64,000 nucleotides of DNA from Chlorobium sp. (lineage in GTDB: Bacteria; Bacteroidota; Chlorobiia; Chlorobiales; Chlorobiaceae), in NCBI GenBank assembly GCA_005843835.1, contig SZXZ01000007.1, forward strand, positions 3,747 to 67,746, read 5' to 3'. Positions 11,682 to 21,260 of this stretch are shown here, one piece after another (position 1 is the stretch's first letter; each line of letters opens with the position of its first letter). The notes under the pieces are model-generated. The model worked only from the letters and a program-made list of their open reading frames with translations. It had not been told where the DNA came from and ran no database searches. A program made the translations under genes and the position numbers.

Positions 11682-12671
11682 TTATTGCCATTTCATGTAT
11701 ATACCGCCCCATGTATAGCCTGCACCAAAGCTGACAAGTACTAGTTTGGTTCCCGGGTGTAATTTTTGCTGTTCGTCAAGTTCCGCAAGGCAGATTGGGA
11801 TTGTACCTGCGGTTGTGTTGCCATAGCGTCCAACATTTGATACTACCTTTGTATCATCAATTCCCATTCTCTCTGCTGTGGCATTGATAATTCGTTGATT
11901 GGCCTGATGAGGAACGAGGTAGTCGATATCATCAGACTTGAGGTTGTTGCGGCTCATGATTTCAGCTGCAACCTCTGCCATGGCTATGACTGCTGACTTG
12001 AAAACCTGTCGACCGTCCTGATAGATGTAGTGCATCCTTTTATCTATTGTGTCATGGCTTGCAGGATTCAAGCTGCCGCCGGCAGACATAAGAAGATGAT
12101 TTTTGCCATTCGTTCCATCCGAATACATACAAGCATCAAGAACGCCGAATCCTTCCTCTTGTGCCGGTTCAAGGATGATACCTCCTGCGCCGTCACCAAA
12201 GAGAATCGCTGTTGAGCGATCGGTATAATCAATAATCGACGACATCTTATCGGCGCCTATGACCATAATTTTTTTATGAGTTCCGCATTCGATAAACTTT
12301 GAAGCAGTGTTCAGTGCAAAGATAAAACCGGAGCATGCGGCATTGAGATCAAATGCCCAGGCGTTTTTAGCCCCGATTATACTCTGAACAAGACAGGCTG
12401 TTGAAGGGAAAAGCATGTCAGGGGTCATCGTAGCTATAATGATTAAATCTATTTCATCAGCATCAATTCCCCGTTTGTCAAGGAGTTGTTTCGCAACTTC
12501 TCCACACATATAGGATGTCGCTTTATCACTATCCTTAAGAATTCTTCGTTCACTGATACCTGTTCTAGCTCGAATCCATTCGTCATTAGTTTCGAGCATG
12601 AGTTCAAGGTCGTGATTGCTCAGAATGCTGGCAGGTAAATATTTGGCTGTCGTTGTAATTGCAGCTTTCAT
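11682..12671 (-). CDS. fabH: 3-oxoacyl-ACP synthase III
   Basis: [20 protein letters not shown]. Start placed at MKAAIT (12671) rather than the upstream start in the ORF track. Confidence 0.96.
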   Translation of the reverse strand: MKAAITTTAKYLPASILSNHDLELMLETNDEWIRARTGISERRILKDSDKATSYMCGEVAKQLLDKRGIDADEIDLIIIATMTPDMLFPSTACLVQSIIGAKNAWAFDLNAACSGFIFALNTASKFIECGTHKKIMVIGADKMSSIIDYTDRSTAILFGDGAGGIILEPAQEEGFGVLDACMYSDGTNGKNHLLMSAGGSLNPASHDTIDKRMHYIYQDGRQVFKSAVIAMAEVAAEIMSRNNLKSDDIDYLVPHQANQRIINATAERMGIDDTKVVSNVGRYGNTTAGTIPICLAELDEQQKLHPGTKLVLVSFGAGYTWGGIYMKWQ

Positions 12672-12776
12672 GCGTTGTTTGTCGATATTTAGATGCAGGA
12701 TAAGACTAAAAAACACCTTGCAACCAAGCATTATATGTTAATGCATAAGTTCCAGATGGTTGCAGATTGAAACGTA

Positions 12777-13802
12777 TTATTTTTCGGACAAAACTTCAGC
12801 AATATGTTCATTGACACGTCTTTCAACCATATGTTCAGCCATATAGATCATGTTTTTAATCGCCCGTGAAGATGATCTTCCATGACCGACAATTGAAATT
12901 CCATCAACACCAAGAAAAGGCACACCACCGAATTTTTCAACATCGAACGGCTCAAGCATTTCCTTGAACATAGTTGTTGTTAACGTTGCGGCAGACTGGT
13001 TCATCTGACCTGAAGCCACAAGTTTATTGAGTGACTGTTTGAATAAGGTTCCGAGAAACTCAGGTATGCTTTCGCCGAATTTCAAGATATTGTTGCCGAC
13101 TAACCCATCGCATACAACGATGCTGACACGTCCTTTCAGGATGTCATGCCCCTCAATGTTTCCAATAAAATTGATTTTCCCTTTAGCGTCAGCATCTTTC
13201 AAGAGTTTGAATGCCTGTTTGAGCATATCAGACCCTTTTCCTTCTTCCTCTCCGATATTGAGAAGTCCTGTGATCGGGGTTTCTATTCCAGCACCATAAC
13301 GTTGATAGATCGTAAGCATTTCTGCAAACTGGACGAGATTTTCAGGTTTGCAGTCGACATTTGCTCCTACATCGACAATATTCGTCAAGCCTTCATGTAA
13401 ACGCGGAAAATACGCATAAATGGTTGGGCGAAGTACACCGGGGAGCCTTCCAAGAACAAAAAGCGAAGCTGCCATTTGTGCACCGGTATTACCGGCACTG
13501 ACAAAGGCCTGTGCCTGTTTGTTCCTGCAGAGATGCAAGCCTTTTACAAGAGACGATTCCTGTTTCGTTTTGACAGCAGTGGCTGGAATGTCTTCCATGG
13601 TTACTACTTCGGGTGCGTGCAGAAATCTAAGGTTAAGCGCACTGACATCATACGCGGCAAGCAGTGGTTCAACTTTTTCAGATTGGCCGATAAGTATAAT
13701 TTCAAACCTGTTACCGCTTTCCTGCAATGCCTGAACTGTTCCCTCTATCACACAGGCAGGAGCATTATCTCCGCCCATGGCGTCAACAACAATGGTCAAC
13801 AT
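12777..13802 (-). CDS. plsX: Phosphate acyltransferase PlsX
   Basis: [42 protein letters not shown]. Confidence 0.97.
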   Translation of the reverse strand: MLTIVVDAMGGDNAPACVIEGTVQALQESGNRFEIILIGQSEKVEPLLAAYDVSALNLRFLHAPEVVTMEDIPATAVKTKQESSLVKGLHLCRNKQAQAFVSAGNTGAQMAASLFVLGRLPGVLRPTIYAYFPRLHEGLTNIVDVGANVDCKPENLVQFAEMLTIYQRYGAGIETPITGLLNIGEEEGKGSDMLKQAFKLLKDADAKGKINFIGNIEGHDILKGRVSIVVCDGLVGNNILKFGESIPEFLGTLFKQSLNKLVASGQMNQSAATLTTTMFKEMLEPFDVEKFGGVPFLGVDGISIVGHGRSSSRAIKNMIYMAEHMVERRVNEHIAEVLSEK

Positions 13803-13829
13803 GATGGGGTGTTTGTCTTATTAGGGTGA

Positions 13830-14021
13830 TCAGCTCTTTGCTAATTTATTGACGACACATCTTCCTCTATAGTGACCGCAATGGCGACAAGCACGATGCG
13901 GTAGGGTTGGTTCGCCGCAGTTGGCGCAGATTACCGTAGTTGCTGGTTTGGTACGGGCATTAAACTGGGCACGTCTTTTATCCCGTCGGGACTTGGACAT
14001 TTTGGCTTTAGGATTGGCCAT
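13830..14021 (-). CDS. rpmF: 50S ribosomal protein bL32 (zinc-ribbon type)
   Basis: [17 protein letters not shown]; CANC...CRHC. Confidence 0.97.
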   Translation of the reverse strand: MANPKAKMSKSRRDKRRAQFNARTKPATTVICANCGEPTLPHRACRHCGHYRGRCVVNKLAKS

Positions 14022-14046
14022 AGCGCTACTCTTTATTTATAGTCAG

Positions 14047-14574
14047 TTAACGATACTTGTTTTTCAGCTTTTCAAGAGATTCATGCCAAGAGCTTTTCTC
14101 TTCAGTCTGAGACTCTTTATTTTTTTTAACTTCTCCGTAGAGCCTGCAATCAGGATTACTAATACAGGTTACTTTCAATGGTAACGACAGCAGTAAAATT
14201 TCACAAACATCTTCGGCAAGGTCTATAAATTCGGCTTTTTTGTCAATGAAGCGGTATTCATCATCTACGATTTGATTCTCATCAACAGGTTCACCGAAAA
14301 CATAACCCAGCTGAAGTGATCCGGAAAGCTCTCTTGATACAGGCACGAGACATATATCACAGGTAAAATCGGCTACGGTAGATGTTTTGATTGTGACGGT
14401 TACTTCACTTTCACTTTTATCAGCAACAACATTAACCAAAATATCCTTTGTAAACCCAGCTTCAGCTAAATGTCTGTCAACAAAATCCGCAGCTCTACAG
14501 GTGAAAACAAACTCATGCATTCCCTGCATAAGATCCGATATTCTTATTGATATCAGCGATTTTTTTTTATGCAT
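14047..14574 (-). CDS. DUF177/YceD family protein
   Basis: TCDICL and LSLPLKVTC motifs, W..LEKLK C-terminus, directly upstream of rpmF. Start uncertain. Confidence 0.88.
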   Translation of the reverse strand: MHKKKSLISIRISDLMQGMHEFVFTCRAADFVDRHLAEAGFTKDILVNVVADKSESEVTVTIKTSTVADFTCDICLVPVSRELSGSLQLGYVFGEPVDENQIVDDEYRFIDKKAEFIDLAEDVCEILLLSLPLKVTCISNPDCRLYGEVKKNKESQTEEKSSWHESLEKLKNKYR

Positions 14575-14684
14575 ATCCCATCTTTTCAGTAAAAGAACAC
14601 CAATGTACAAAAAAAAATATGGAAAATGAAAATCGATAGTCGCGCAACTAAAACAACAAAACGCATAAAAAAAACGGAGATGGT

Positions 14685-14712
14685 TTGTATTTAAAAAAAA
14701 CAGGTTTATATT
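14685..14712 (+). promoter_or_regulatory. Putative sigma70 promoter of tRNA-Asn
   Basis: TTGTAT-N16-TATATT with A-rich upstream DNA, ~40 bp before the tRNA. Confidence 0.5.
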
Positions 14713-14749
14713 ATCAGCCCATCAGCAGAACAAAACCGGTTTTGCAAAT

Positions 14750-14821
14750 TCCGCGATAGCTCAATGGTAGAGCATGCGACTGTTAATCGCAGGGTTGTAG
14801 GTTCGAGTCCTACTCGCGGAG
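14750..14821 (+). tRNA. tRNA-Asn(GTT); CCA not encoded
   Basis: TCCGCGA/TCGCGGA acceptor stem, TAGCTCAATGGTAGAGC D arm, GCGA-CTGTTAA-TCGC anticodon arm, GGTTCGAGTCC T arm. Confidence 0.97.
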
Positions 14822-14827
14822 CAGATT

Positions 14828-14870
14828 AATAAAAGGAAGCATTTTGAACAGGATGCTTCCTTTTATTTTG
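14828..14870 (+). terminator. Intrinsic (likely bidirectional) terminator after tRNA-Asn
   Basis: AATAAAAGGAAGCAT / ATGCTTCCTTTTATT inverted repeat with T tail. Confidence 0.85.
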
Positions 14871-15191
14871 TTCTGCGCTTTTTTCCCTTCTCTTCTCTCG
14901 CTTAATCGTTATCAGCTATCTCAACGTCTGTCGTTGAGCCGATCCCTTTACAAACTTATACCCATATCTTATTTGCTATGGAGTTAGTTATCTTTACTTT
15001 TCTTTCATGACGAATAAATAAACTGCTGCATGATGTTCTTTAATTTTCTTTTGTTATGTTTGCTAAGGTAAATGCGCGCTGACGCCTAAATAATTACGCC
15101 CAGATCGCCGTTAGTGTTCATATTTTAAACTGGCTTTACATGCTTTTTGTATTTAATGCATAAAAATTCCGGTAATTTATTTTGACTTACT

Positions 15192-17186
15192 ATGGCAGTT
15201 AATAATGGATTCAAGCAGTTAAAAACTTTTTTTCTTGGAGGCGCAAGGGATTTTCGGGATCGCAACATTTTCCATCAACTAGCTCTTTCAGCGTTTTTAG
15301 CATGGGTCGGACTTGGTTCTGACGGGCTTTCTTCCTCCTGTTATGGTCCACCTGAAGCGTTTAAAGCACTGCAGGGTCATCCCACTCTCGGTATTTTTGT
15401 TGCCATTGGTACAGGTATCACCATTCTCATTATTGCGTCTAGTTATTCACATATTATTGAACTGTTTCCGCATGGAGGAGGTGGCTACCTTGTAGCTAGT
15501 AAACTTCTATCCCCGGAGATGGGTGTTATTTCCGGGAGTGCTCTCCTTATAGACTATATTCTTACTATTACCATTTCGATAGCCAGCGGAGCGGATGCGA
15601 TTTTCAGCTTTTTACCCATAGGGTTCATCGGCTATAAACTGTATTTCGCCGTATTCGGGGTTTTGGCTCTGCTGTTATTAAATCTCAGGGGAATAAAGGA
15701 AGCAGTTATGCCTCTTGTTCCCGTATTTCTGCTGTTTGTTGCCACCCATCTTATAGTGATTGTTTATGCTGTTATGTCACATATGGGGAACTTCGGTGCG
15801 GTTTATCATGAAACCGGACGTGAACTTACCCAATCATACCATACATTGGGTCTGTTCGGAGTACTCTTTCTTGTTTTGAAAGCCTATAGTCTCGGTGCAG
15901 GTACTTTTACCGGAATTGAGGCGGTCAGCAATGGCCTTCCTGTTTTGAGGGACCCTAAAGTTGCTACGGCAAAAACAACTATGAGGTATATGGCGATCTC
16001 TCTTTCCCTGACTGTAATGGGGCTTATGTTAGCGTACATTCTTTTTGATGTTCGTGATTCTCCTGGCAAGACACTCAACGCTATTTTGTTTGAAAGTGTA
16101 ACGGCTTCCTGGGGTGGTTTCTACGGAGTTGGCTTTGTATGGATTACCTTGTTTTCTGAAGCAGTTCTGTTGTTTATTGCCGCTCAGACAGGTTTTCTTG
16201 ATGGACCGAGGGTTCTGGCCAATATGGCACTTGACAAATGGCTACCAACTCGCTTTGCAATGTTGAGCGACAGGTTGGTGACTGAAAAGGGTATTCTTGT
16301 GATGGGTATCGCTTCACTTGCTATGATGCTGGCATCAAACGGGTCTGTTGATTTTTTGATAGTCCTCTACAGTATCAACGTATTCATAACCTTCACGCTT
16401 TCACAACTAGGCATGGTCAGGCATTGGTGGGAAAAAAGAAAGTCTGAAAAGCAGTGGTTAAAAAAACTTATGATTAATGGTATCGGCCTGACCTTGACAA
16501 CCTTTATTCTTATATCGGTGCTTGTTCTTAAGTTTAATGAGGGCGGATGGGTTACAATGGTGATAACCGGTGTGTTGGTGATGGGTGCCTTTTTTATCAA
16601 AAACCATTACAATAAGACATATGCTACTCTGAAACGTCTCGATGTCATTGTTGAAGCCGCTGTCCTTACCGGATCTGACGTACATGATAAAGAACAGGAT
16701 AAAACCTGTCCTGTTCCTGTGTATGACCCGAAAGCTAAAACGGCAGCGATTCTGGTGAATGGGTTTAACGGACTTGGTCTACATACCCTGTTTAGTGTTT
16801 TTCGTCTTTTTGGAAATAGTTATAAAAATTATGTTTTTGTAGAAATCGGATCCATTGACGCAGGAAACTTCAAAGGGGCAGATGAAATAGACAATCTTGG
16901 CAGCTTTGTCCGCAATGAAACGTCTAAGTATGTGGACTACATGAAAGAGCATGGATATTATTCCGAAGCCTACTTTTCAATTGGAACTGATGTGGTAGAT
17001 GAGGTTAACAAGCTTGTACCGGATATCAGGAAAAAGTTTCCGGACATAGTGTTTTTTGGAGGCCAACTGGTTTTTACCAAAGAATCCATGATGGATCGCT
17101 GGTTACACAATTATACGGTTTTTGCAGTACAACAAAACCTCTATGTTCACGGCATTCCTTTTGTGATTTTACCGGTTAAAGTTTAA
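15192..17186 (+). CDS. APC-superfamily transporter, KimA/YdaO-like (probable K+ importer)
   Basis: ~12 TM segments; SDGLSSSCYG, YSHIIELFPHGGGGY, LLIDYILT, TGIEAVSNG; soluble C-terminal domain. Confidence 0.82.
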   Translation: MAVNNGFKQLKTFFLGGARDFRDRNIFHQLALSAFLAWVGLGSDGLSSSCYGPPEAFKALQGHPTLGIFVAIGTGITILIIASSYSHIIELFPHGGGGYLVASKLLSPEMGVISGSALLIDYILTITISIASGADAIFSFLPIGFIGYKLYFAVFGVLALLLLNLRGIKEAVMPLVPVFLLFVATHLIVIVYAVMSHMGNFGAVYHETGRELTQSYHTLGLFGVLFLVLKAYSLGAGTFTGIEAVSNGLPVLRDPKVATAKTTMRYMAISLSLTVMGLMLAYILFDVRDSPGKTLNAILFESVTASWGGFYGVGFVWITLFSEAVLLFIAAQTGFLDGPRVLANMALDKWLPTRFAMLSDRLVTEKGILVMGIASLAMMLASNGSVDFLIVLYSINVFITFTLSQLGMVRHWWEKRKSEKQWLKKLMINGIGLTLTTFILISVLVLKFNEGGWVTMVITGVLVMGAFFIKNHYNKTYATLKRLDVIVEAAVLTGSDVHDKEQDKTCPVPVYDPKAKTAAILVNGFNGLGLHTLFSVFRLFGNSYKNYVFVEIGSIDAGNFKGADEIDNLGSFVRNETSKYVDYMKEHGYYSEAYFSIGTDVVDEVNKLVPDIRKKFPDIVFFGGQLVFTKESMMDRWLHNYTVFAVQQNLYVHGIPFVILPVKV

Positions 17187-17198
17187 ATTTTTATGTTG

Positions 17199-17280
17199 AA
17201 ATTGCTTGAGGCTAGATTGTAAGGATCTTACCAGTATCAGAAAATATTCTGGTGTACGTTGCATGCCTCAGCAATTTTTT
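17199..17280 (+). terminator. Long imperfect hairpin with T tail after the transporter gene
   Basis: AAATTGCTTGAGGC ... GCCTCAGCAATTT outer stem, ACCAG...CTGGT inner stem, then TTTTTTATTTTT. Confidence 0.55.
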
Positions 17281-17330
17281 TATTTTTATTAGAGATGTAT
17301 GATGCAAACCGTTGAATATTTTTGATGATC

Positions 17331-17417
17331 ATGTCTACAACGAACAAGTATAGCCTTCTGCACACCTTGAGCCTGTTGCTCAGGAGCGTTCCTGTTTTGA
17401 GGGAAGGTGCTTTTTAG
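17331..17417 (+). CDS. Putative leuA leader peptide (28 aa)
   Basis: Manual translation MSTTNKYSLLHTLSLLLRSVPVLREGAF*, with 6 Leu in a 9-codon stretch, upstream of a terminator and leuA. Confidence 0.72.
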   Translation: MSTTNKYSLLHTLSLLLRSVPVLREGAF

Positions 17418-17447
17418 TTCGTTGTTATTGACATCGAGAACTTTGAT

Positions 17448-17490
17448 GAAGCCACCAGCCCTTTAGAGTTGGTGGCTTTTTTCGTTTTAT
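17448..17490 (+). terminator. Attenuator terminator upstream of leuA
   Basis: GAAGCCACCAGC-loop-GTTGGTGGCTTT followed by TTTCGTTTT, ~25 nt before the leuA start. Confidence 0.82.
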
Positions 17491-17514
17491 AGAACAAAAG
17501 GAGAAAGATGGGTT

Positions 17515-19197
17515 ATGAAAAGTATGAATTATCAAAAATATGCCGCATATCCTGTGGTTGATATATCAGGAAGGAGTTGGCCGGATAACACTATAACTCA
17601 AGCACCGATATGGTGCAGTGTCGATCTTCGCGATGGCAATCAGGCACTTCCTGTACCGATGAGCGTAGAGGAAAAGGTTGTAATGTTTCAGCTTCTGGTT
17701 TCCGTTGGCTTCAAGCAAATTGAAGTTGGCTTTCCGTCTGCTTCGGCTACTGAGTATGCATTCGTTAGGAGATTGATCAATGATAAGCTGATTCCGGACG
17801 ATGTTACCATTCAGGTGCTGACCCAGTCTCGCGAACACCTGATCAGAAAAACGTTTGATGCCATTAATGGTGTGCAACGGGCTATTGTGCATCTTTATAA
17901 TTCGACTTCGCGCCTCCAAAGGGATGTTGTGTTCAGAAAAAACAAGGAGGATATTAAGGCAATTGCTGTCGAAGGAACAGCACTTGTTCGTCGCTTGAAG
18001 GACGAAAGTGGGAATAAAGGTATATACTTTGAGTATAGCCCTGAAAGTTTTACCGGAACGGAGCTTGATTACGCTCTTGATGTCTGTCATGCTGTAATGG
18101 ATACTTGGGGTGCTTCAGCGGATGAAAAAATTATTCTTAATCTTCCTTCGACTGTTGAAATGTCGCTCCCGAATATATACGCTGACCGCATTGAATGGTT
18201 TAGTCGTAACATCAAGGATCGTAAGGCTGTCCTGATCAGCGTACATGCACATAATGATCGTGGTACAGCGGTGGCAACGGCAGAATTAGCATTGTTGGCA
18301 GGTGCAGACCGCATTGAAGGAGCCTTGTTTGGTAACGGAGAGAGGAGCGGTAATATGGATATTATTGTTATGGCATTAAACCTTTTCAGCCAAGGTATTG
18401 ATCCGAAACTTGATTTCTCTGATCTTCCAAGGATTCGCGATGTTTATTGCCGATGTACCCGTATGTTTATACATCCTCGCCACCCCTATGCAGGTGAATT
18501 GGTTTATACAGCTTTTTCAGGCTCTCATCAGGACGCAATCAGTAAAGGTATGAAAGCACATGTTTCGTCATCGGATGGGTTGTGGGCTGTGCCGTATCTT
18601 CCAATTGATCCTCAGGATGTCGGTTGTACGTATGAGGCAATTGTTCGCATCAACAGTCAGTCAGGAAAGGGAGGAATGGCATATGTTCTTGAGAAGGATT
18701 TTGGTATTCAGATACCAAAATGGATGCAGCCTGATTTTGCAGAGGTTGTTCAAGGTATTGCTGACACTACAGGTGAAGAGCTTACACCAGAACAGATCCA
18801 TGATCTTTTTTATTCGGAGTATGTGAAGCTCAGGGAACCTGTTACCCTTAAAAAATGCCATTTCAGCTGGGATGATGAGGATCTTTCTCGAAATGATGAA
18901 GAGGCTACGATTATCAGTTGTGTCGTACAGACGAAGGAGAGGGAGTTTAGTTTTGATGCCAGGGGAAACGGTCCACTTGACGCATTTGTTAAAGGATTTA
19001 TCACGGAAAGTGGCCTTGACTTCAGCGTTGACGAGTATGCTGAACACTCTATAGGTCATAGCGCTCGAGCACTTGCCATAGCTTATATCAAGATTGGATG
19101 TGCTGATGGAAGGATTTCTTATGGAGCTGGCATAGATTCAAACATAAGTCTGGCTTCTATCAAAGCGACTGTCAGTGCACTGAATCGGCTTCCTTAG
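17515..19197 (+). CDS. leuA: 2-isopropylmalate synthase (yeast/actinobacterial-type)
   Basis: WCSVDLRDGNQAL, EVGFPSAS, EYSPESF, HAHNDRG, AFSGSHQDAI, RINSQSGKGG; regulatory-domain GNGPLDA. Confidence 0.96.
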   Translation: MKSMNYQKYAAYPVVDISGRSWPDNTITQAPIWCSVDLRDGNQALPVPMSVEEKVVMFQLLVSVGFKQIEVGFPSASATEYAFVRRLINDKLIPDDVTIQVLTQSREHLIRKTFDAINGVQRAIVHLYNSTSRLQRDVVFRKNKEDIKAIAVEGTALVRRLKDESGNKGIYFEYSPESFTGTELDYALDVCHAVMDTWGASADEKIILNLPSTVEMSLPNIYADRIEWFSRNIKDRKAVLISVHAHNDRGTAVATAELALLAGADRIEGALFGNGERSGNMDIIVMALNLFSQGIDPKLDFSDLPRIRDVYCRCTRMFIHPRHPYAGELVYTAFSGSHQDAISKGMKAHVSSSDGLWAVPYLPIDPQDVGCTYEAIVRINSQSGKGGMAYVLEKDFGIQIPKWMQPDFAEVVQGIADTTGEELTPEQIHDLFYSEYVKLREPVTLKKCHFSWDDEDLSRNDEEATIISCVVQTKEREFSFDARGNGPLDAFVKGFITESGLDFSVDEYAEHSIGHSARALAIAYIKIGCADGRISYGAGIDSNISLASIKATVSALNRLP

Positions 19198-19209
19198 AAG
19201 TCTCTTATT

Positions 19210-19689
19210 TCAACGAAAACGCTTTTTCGAAGGCACAATAATAACTGGACATGTTGCTCTACGGATTACTCCTTCTGATACACTGCCGATCAAGAGATGA
19301 AAAAGTGCCCCATGTCCATGAGATCCAAGCATAATCATGTCAACACCATTTTTTTCACTTGCTTCAATAATTGCAGTTACCTCATCGTTTTGCTCTACGA
19401 TAATTGCGGTATCAATGCCGCTAACCTGCAACTGTTCAGCAAACTCTGTAAGTTTCGTTGACTCAGGGAAATCGAATAAAGGAGATGAAGGTGGAAATTT
19501 TTTATTTCGAAAGATTTCTTCAGAAGGCCGGAAAGCTTCAACTTCAGGCGGCGCATCAATAATTGGGGAAGGTGGCGGTATTACATGAAGCAGAAATACT
19601 TGTGCCTTAACAGTTTTTGCAAGTTTTTCTGCTGCTAAAATAACCCTGTCAGCAAGTTCTGAAAAATCGATTGCAACGAGGAGTTTCAT
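19210..19689 (-). CDS. Universal stress protein (UspA family)
   Basis: KLLVAIDFS, MIMLGSHGHG, LIGSVSEGVIRRATCPVIIV. Confidence 0.94.
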   Translation of the reverse strand: MKLLVAIDFSELADRVILAAEKLAKTVKAQVFLLHVIPPPSPIIDAPPEVEAFRPSEEIFRNKKFPPSSPLFDFPESTKLTEFAEQLQVSGIDTAIIVEQNDEVTAIIEASEKNGVDMIMLGSHGHGALFHLLIGSVSEGVIRRATCPVIIVPSKKRFR

Positions 19690-19855
19690 CGCCGATTATT
19701 GTGACGCATTGGTCCAGAAATCAGTGGTCAACTATTTTTATGTATAGTATTTACTACCGAGCAAAATACACAGAAAAAAAATCTCTATACCCGCTCAAGA
19801 GTCTTGAGTAAAAGTGATAGGCTACAAAAACTGATATACGTTTATAATGAGAGTT

Positions 19856-20032
19856 TCAAGCTTTTACTTCGGCTTTGCATTGTTCCTGGTAAATCAGGAA
19901 AAGCGCAAAAACCACACCAGGCAACCAGCCAAGCAGAGTAAGAAGTCCTGTAAGCATTATTGTTCCAGCTTCTTTGTTCATGATTGCAGCAGGGGGAAGA
20001 ATAACGGCGAGTAGTAATCTGCGAAAATCCAT
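19856..20032 (-). CDS. YqaE/Pmp3 family small membrane protein (58 aa, absent from the ORF track)
   Basis: Manual translation MDFRRLLLAVILPPAAIMNKEAGTIMLTGLLTLLGWLPGVVFALFLIYQEQCKAEVKA*; ILPP and LTLLGWLPG signature motifs; AAGGAGA RBS. Confidence 0.9.
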   Translation of the reverse strand: MDFRRLLLAVILPPAAIMNKEAGTIMLTGLLTLLGWLPGVVFALFLIYQEQCKAEVKA

Positions 20033-20232
20033 ATTGATCTCCTTTATTGTGAAATAATTAAAAGTTAATACTTAAACTAACAACAAGCAACGCAAAAACA
20101 TAATCTGGATTTTCTTAACTTTTCAGTTAGAGTATTGCTTGTGTTTTTATATAAAATTAGTAAATTACAGTCCCTTCAGAATAATCGCGAGTAAAGAATG
20201 CTCTTGATTTGTTCAACATAAATTGAAAAAAC

Positions 20233-20541
20233 TTGCCTAATAAAGTTCATCCCGAAGTGGTTTTGGATGATGTTGATGAGGTCATTGACGAACCGAATTT
20301 TAATAACTACAATACCTCTCCAGAGCCGCCAAGCCCTTACGCTGACCTTGAAAAAAAGTATCGCAAAAACCGGTTTAACAAAAGCAGAAGCAAAAATGCT
20401 TCCGATTTTTTCAGCGTGAGCGCAACTGGCACTCGTTCTGCTTCGAAAAGTACGGACGGAAATAAGTTGCAGAAAAGAAAACCGAAAAAAAAGACTGCCT
20501 CAAAGGTATACCGCCCTGCATCAGGTAAACGTAACGCTTAA
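20233..20541 (+). CDS. Hypothetical protein (acidic N-terminus, Lys/Arg-rich and probably disordered C-terminus)
   Basis: 102-aa ORF with TTG start filling the intergenic space; no family recognised. Confidence 0.6.
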   Translation: MPNKVHPEVVLDDVDEVIDEPNFNNYNTSPEPPSPYADLEKKYRKNRFNKSRSKNASDFFSVSATGTRSASKSTDGNKLQKRKPKKKTASKVYRPASGKRNA

Positions 20542-20687
20542 GCAGTTCTGCGTATAATGTCCTGAATTATTCCTCCTCATCTTATCCTGATGTCTGGGAT
20601 TTATGGGTACTATTTCAGGTTTTGAACTCTTCAAAGAAGATTCGTAGCTTATAAGGTTATGACTTAACTCATTACATCTTATTTGCC

Positions 20688-21203
20688 ATGCTGCTTATCA
20701 ATCGATTTATTCGCCTTATTGAGGATCATGCCGAATCCCTATCTCTGCAATGGGTTCAGAATGTCCGAAAAAACCCCCTTACTTCAGGATATACAAAGCT
20801 TTCAAAACAAGACCTTCATGATATTGTTTATAGCCGTTTCAGAAAACTGGGCGAGTGGATAGGCAAGCAAGAAGGACGAGATCGTGAAATAGCGGAGGAA
20901 TTCTATGATGTAGGTGTCCAAGCGGCCAAATCGGGTATTAAAGCCAGTGAAATGGTCTATTCATTCATGCTTGAAAGAGACCTTCTCTGGAGCTACATCC
21001 TTGATGAGGGGATTGTTACTGAAGGAATCGATTTAAACAGGGCTATCGAATTTTCTCACCAGTTGAATTACTTTTACGAAAAGGCTATTTATTTTGCAAT
21101 CGTAGGCCAAGAAGGTCAGCAGGTTTCTTCGCACGATATTAAGGCTCCAGGTGTTTTTGATAAAATATTTGAAGGTTTCAAACACTGGATTGTTGTTCAA
21201 TAA
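20688..21203 (+). CDS. Hypothetical helical protein, RsbRD_N/globin-like sensor domain candidate
   Basis: LIEDHAESLSLQWVQNVRKNP N-terminus and overall helical pattern resemble stand-alone RsbRD-N-type domains. Confidence 0.6.
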   Translation: MLLINRFIRLIEDHAESLSLQWVQNVRKNPLTSGYTKLSKQDLHDIVYSRFRKLGEWIGKQEGRDREIAEEFYDVGVQAAKSGIKASEMVYSFMLERDLLWSYILDEGIVTEGIDLNRAIEFSHQLNYFYEKAIYFAIVGQEGQQVSSHDIKAPGVFDKIFEGFKHWIVVQ

Positions 21204-21260
21204 AGTGCCTTCTCTGTATGCGTAGAATGTTTGTGGCCATGGACTTTCTATATCTTTAGC

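Noticed and set aside
14880-15191. c-di-AMP (ydaO) riboswitch or KdpF-like peptide upstream of the KimA-like gene
   Set aside because: Riboswitch consensus not recognisable; the only ORF noted is 10 codons (MELVIFTFLS) with no support.
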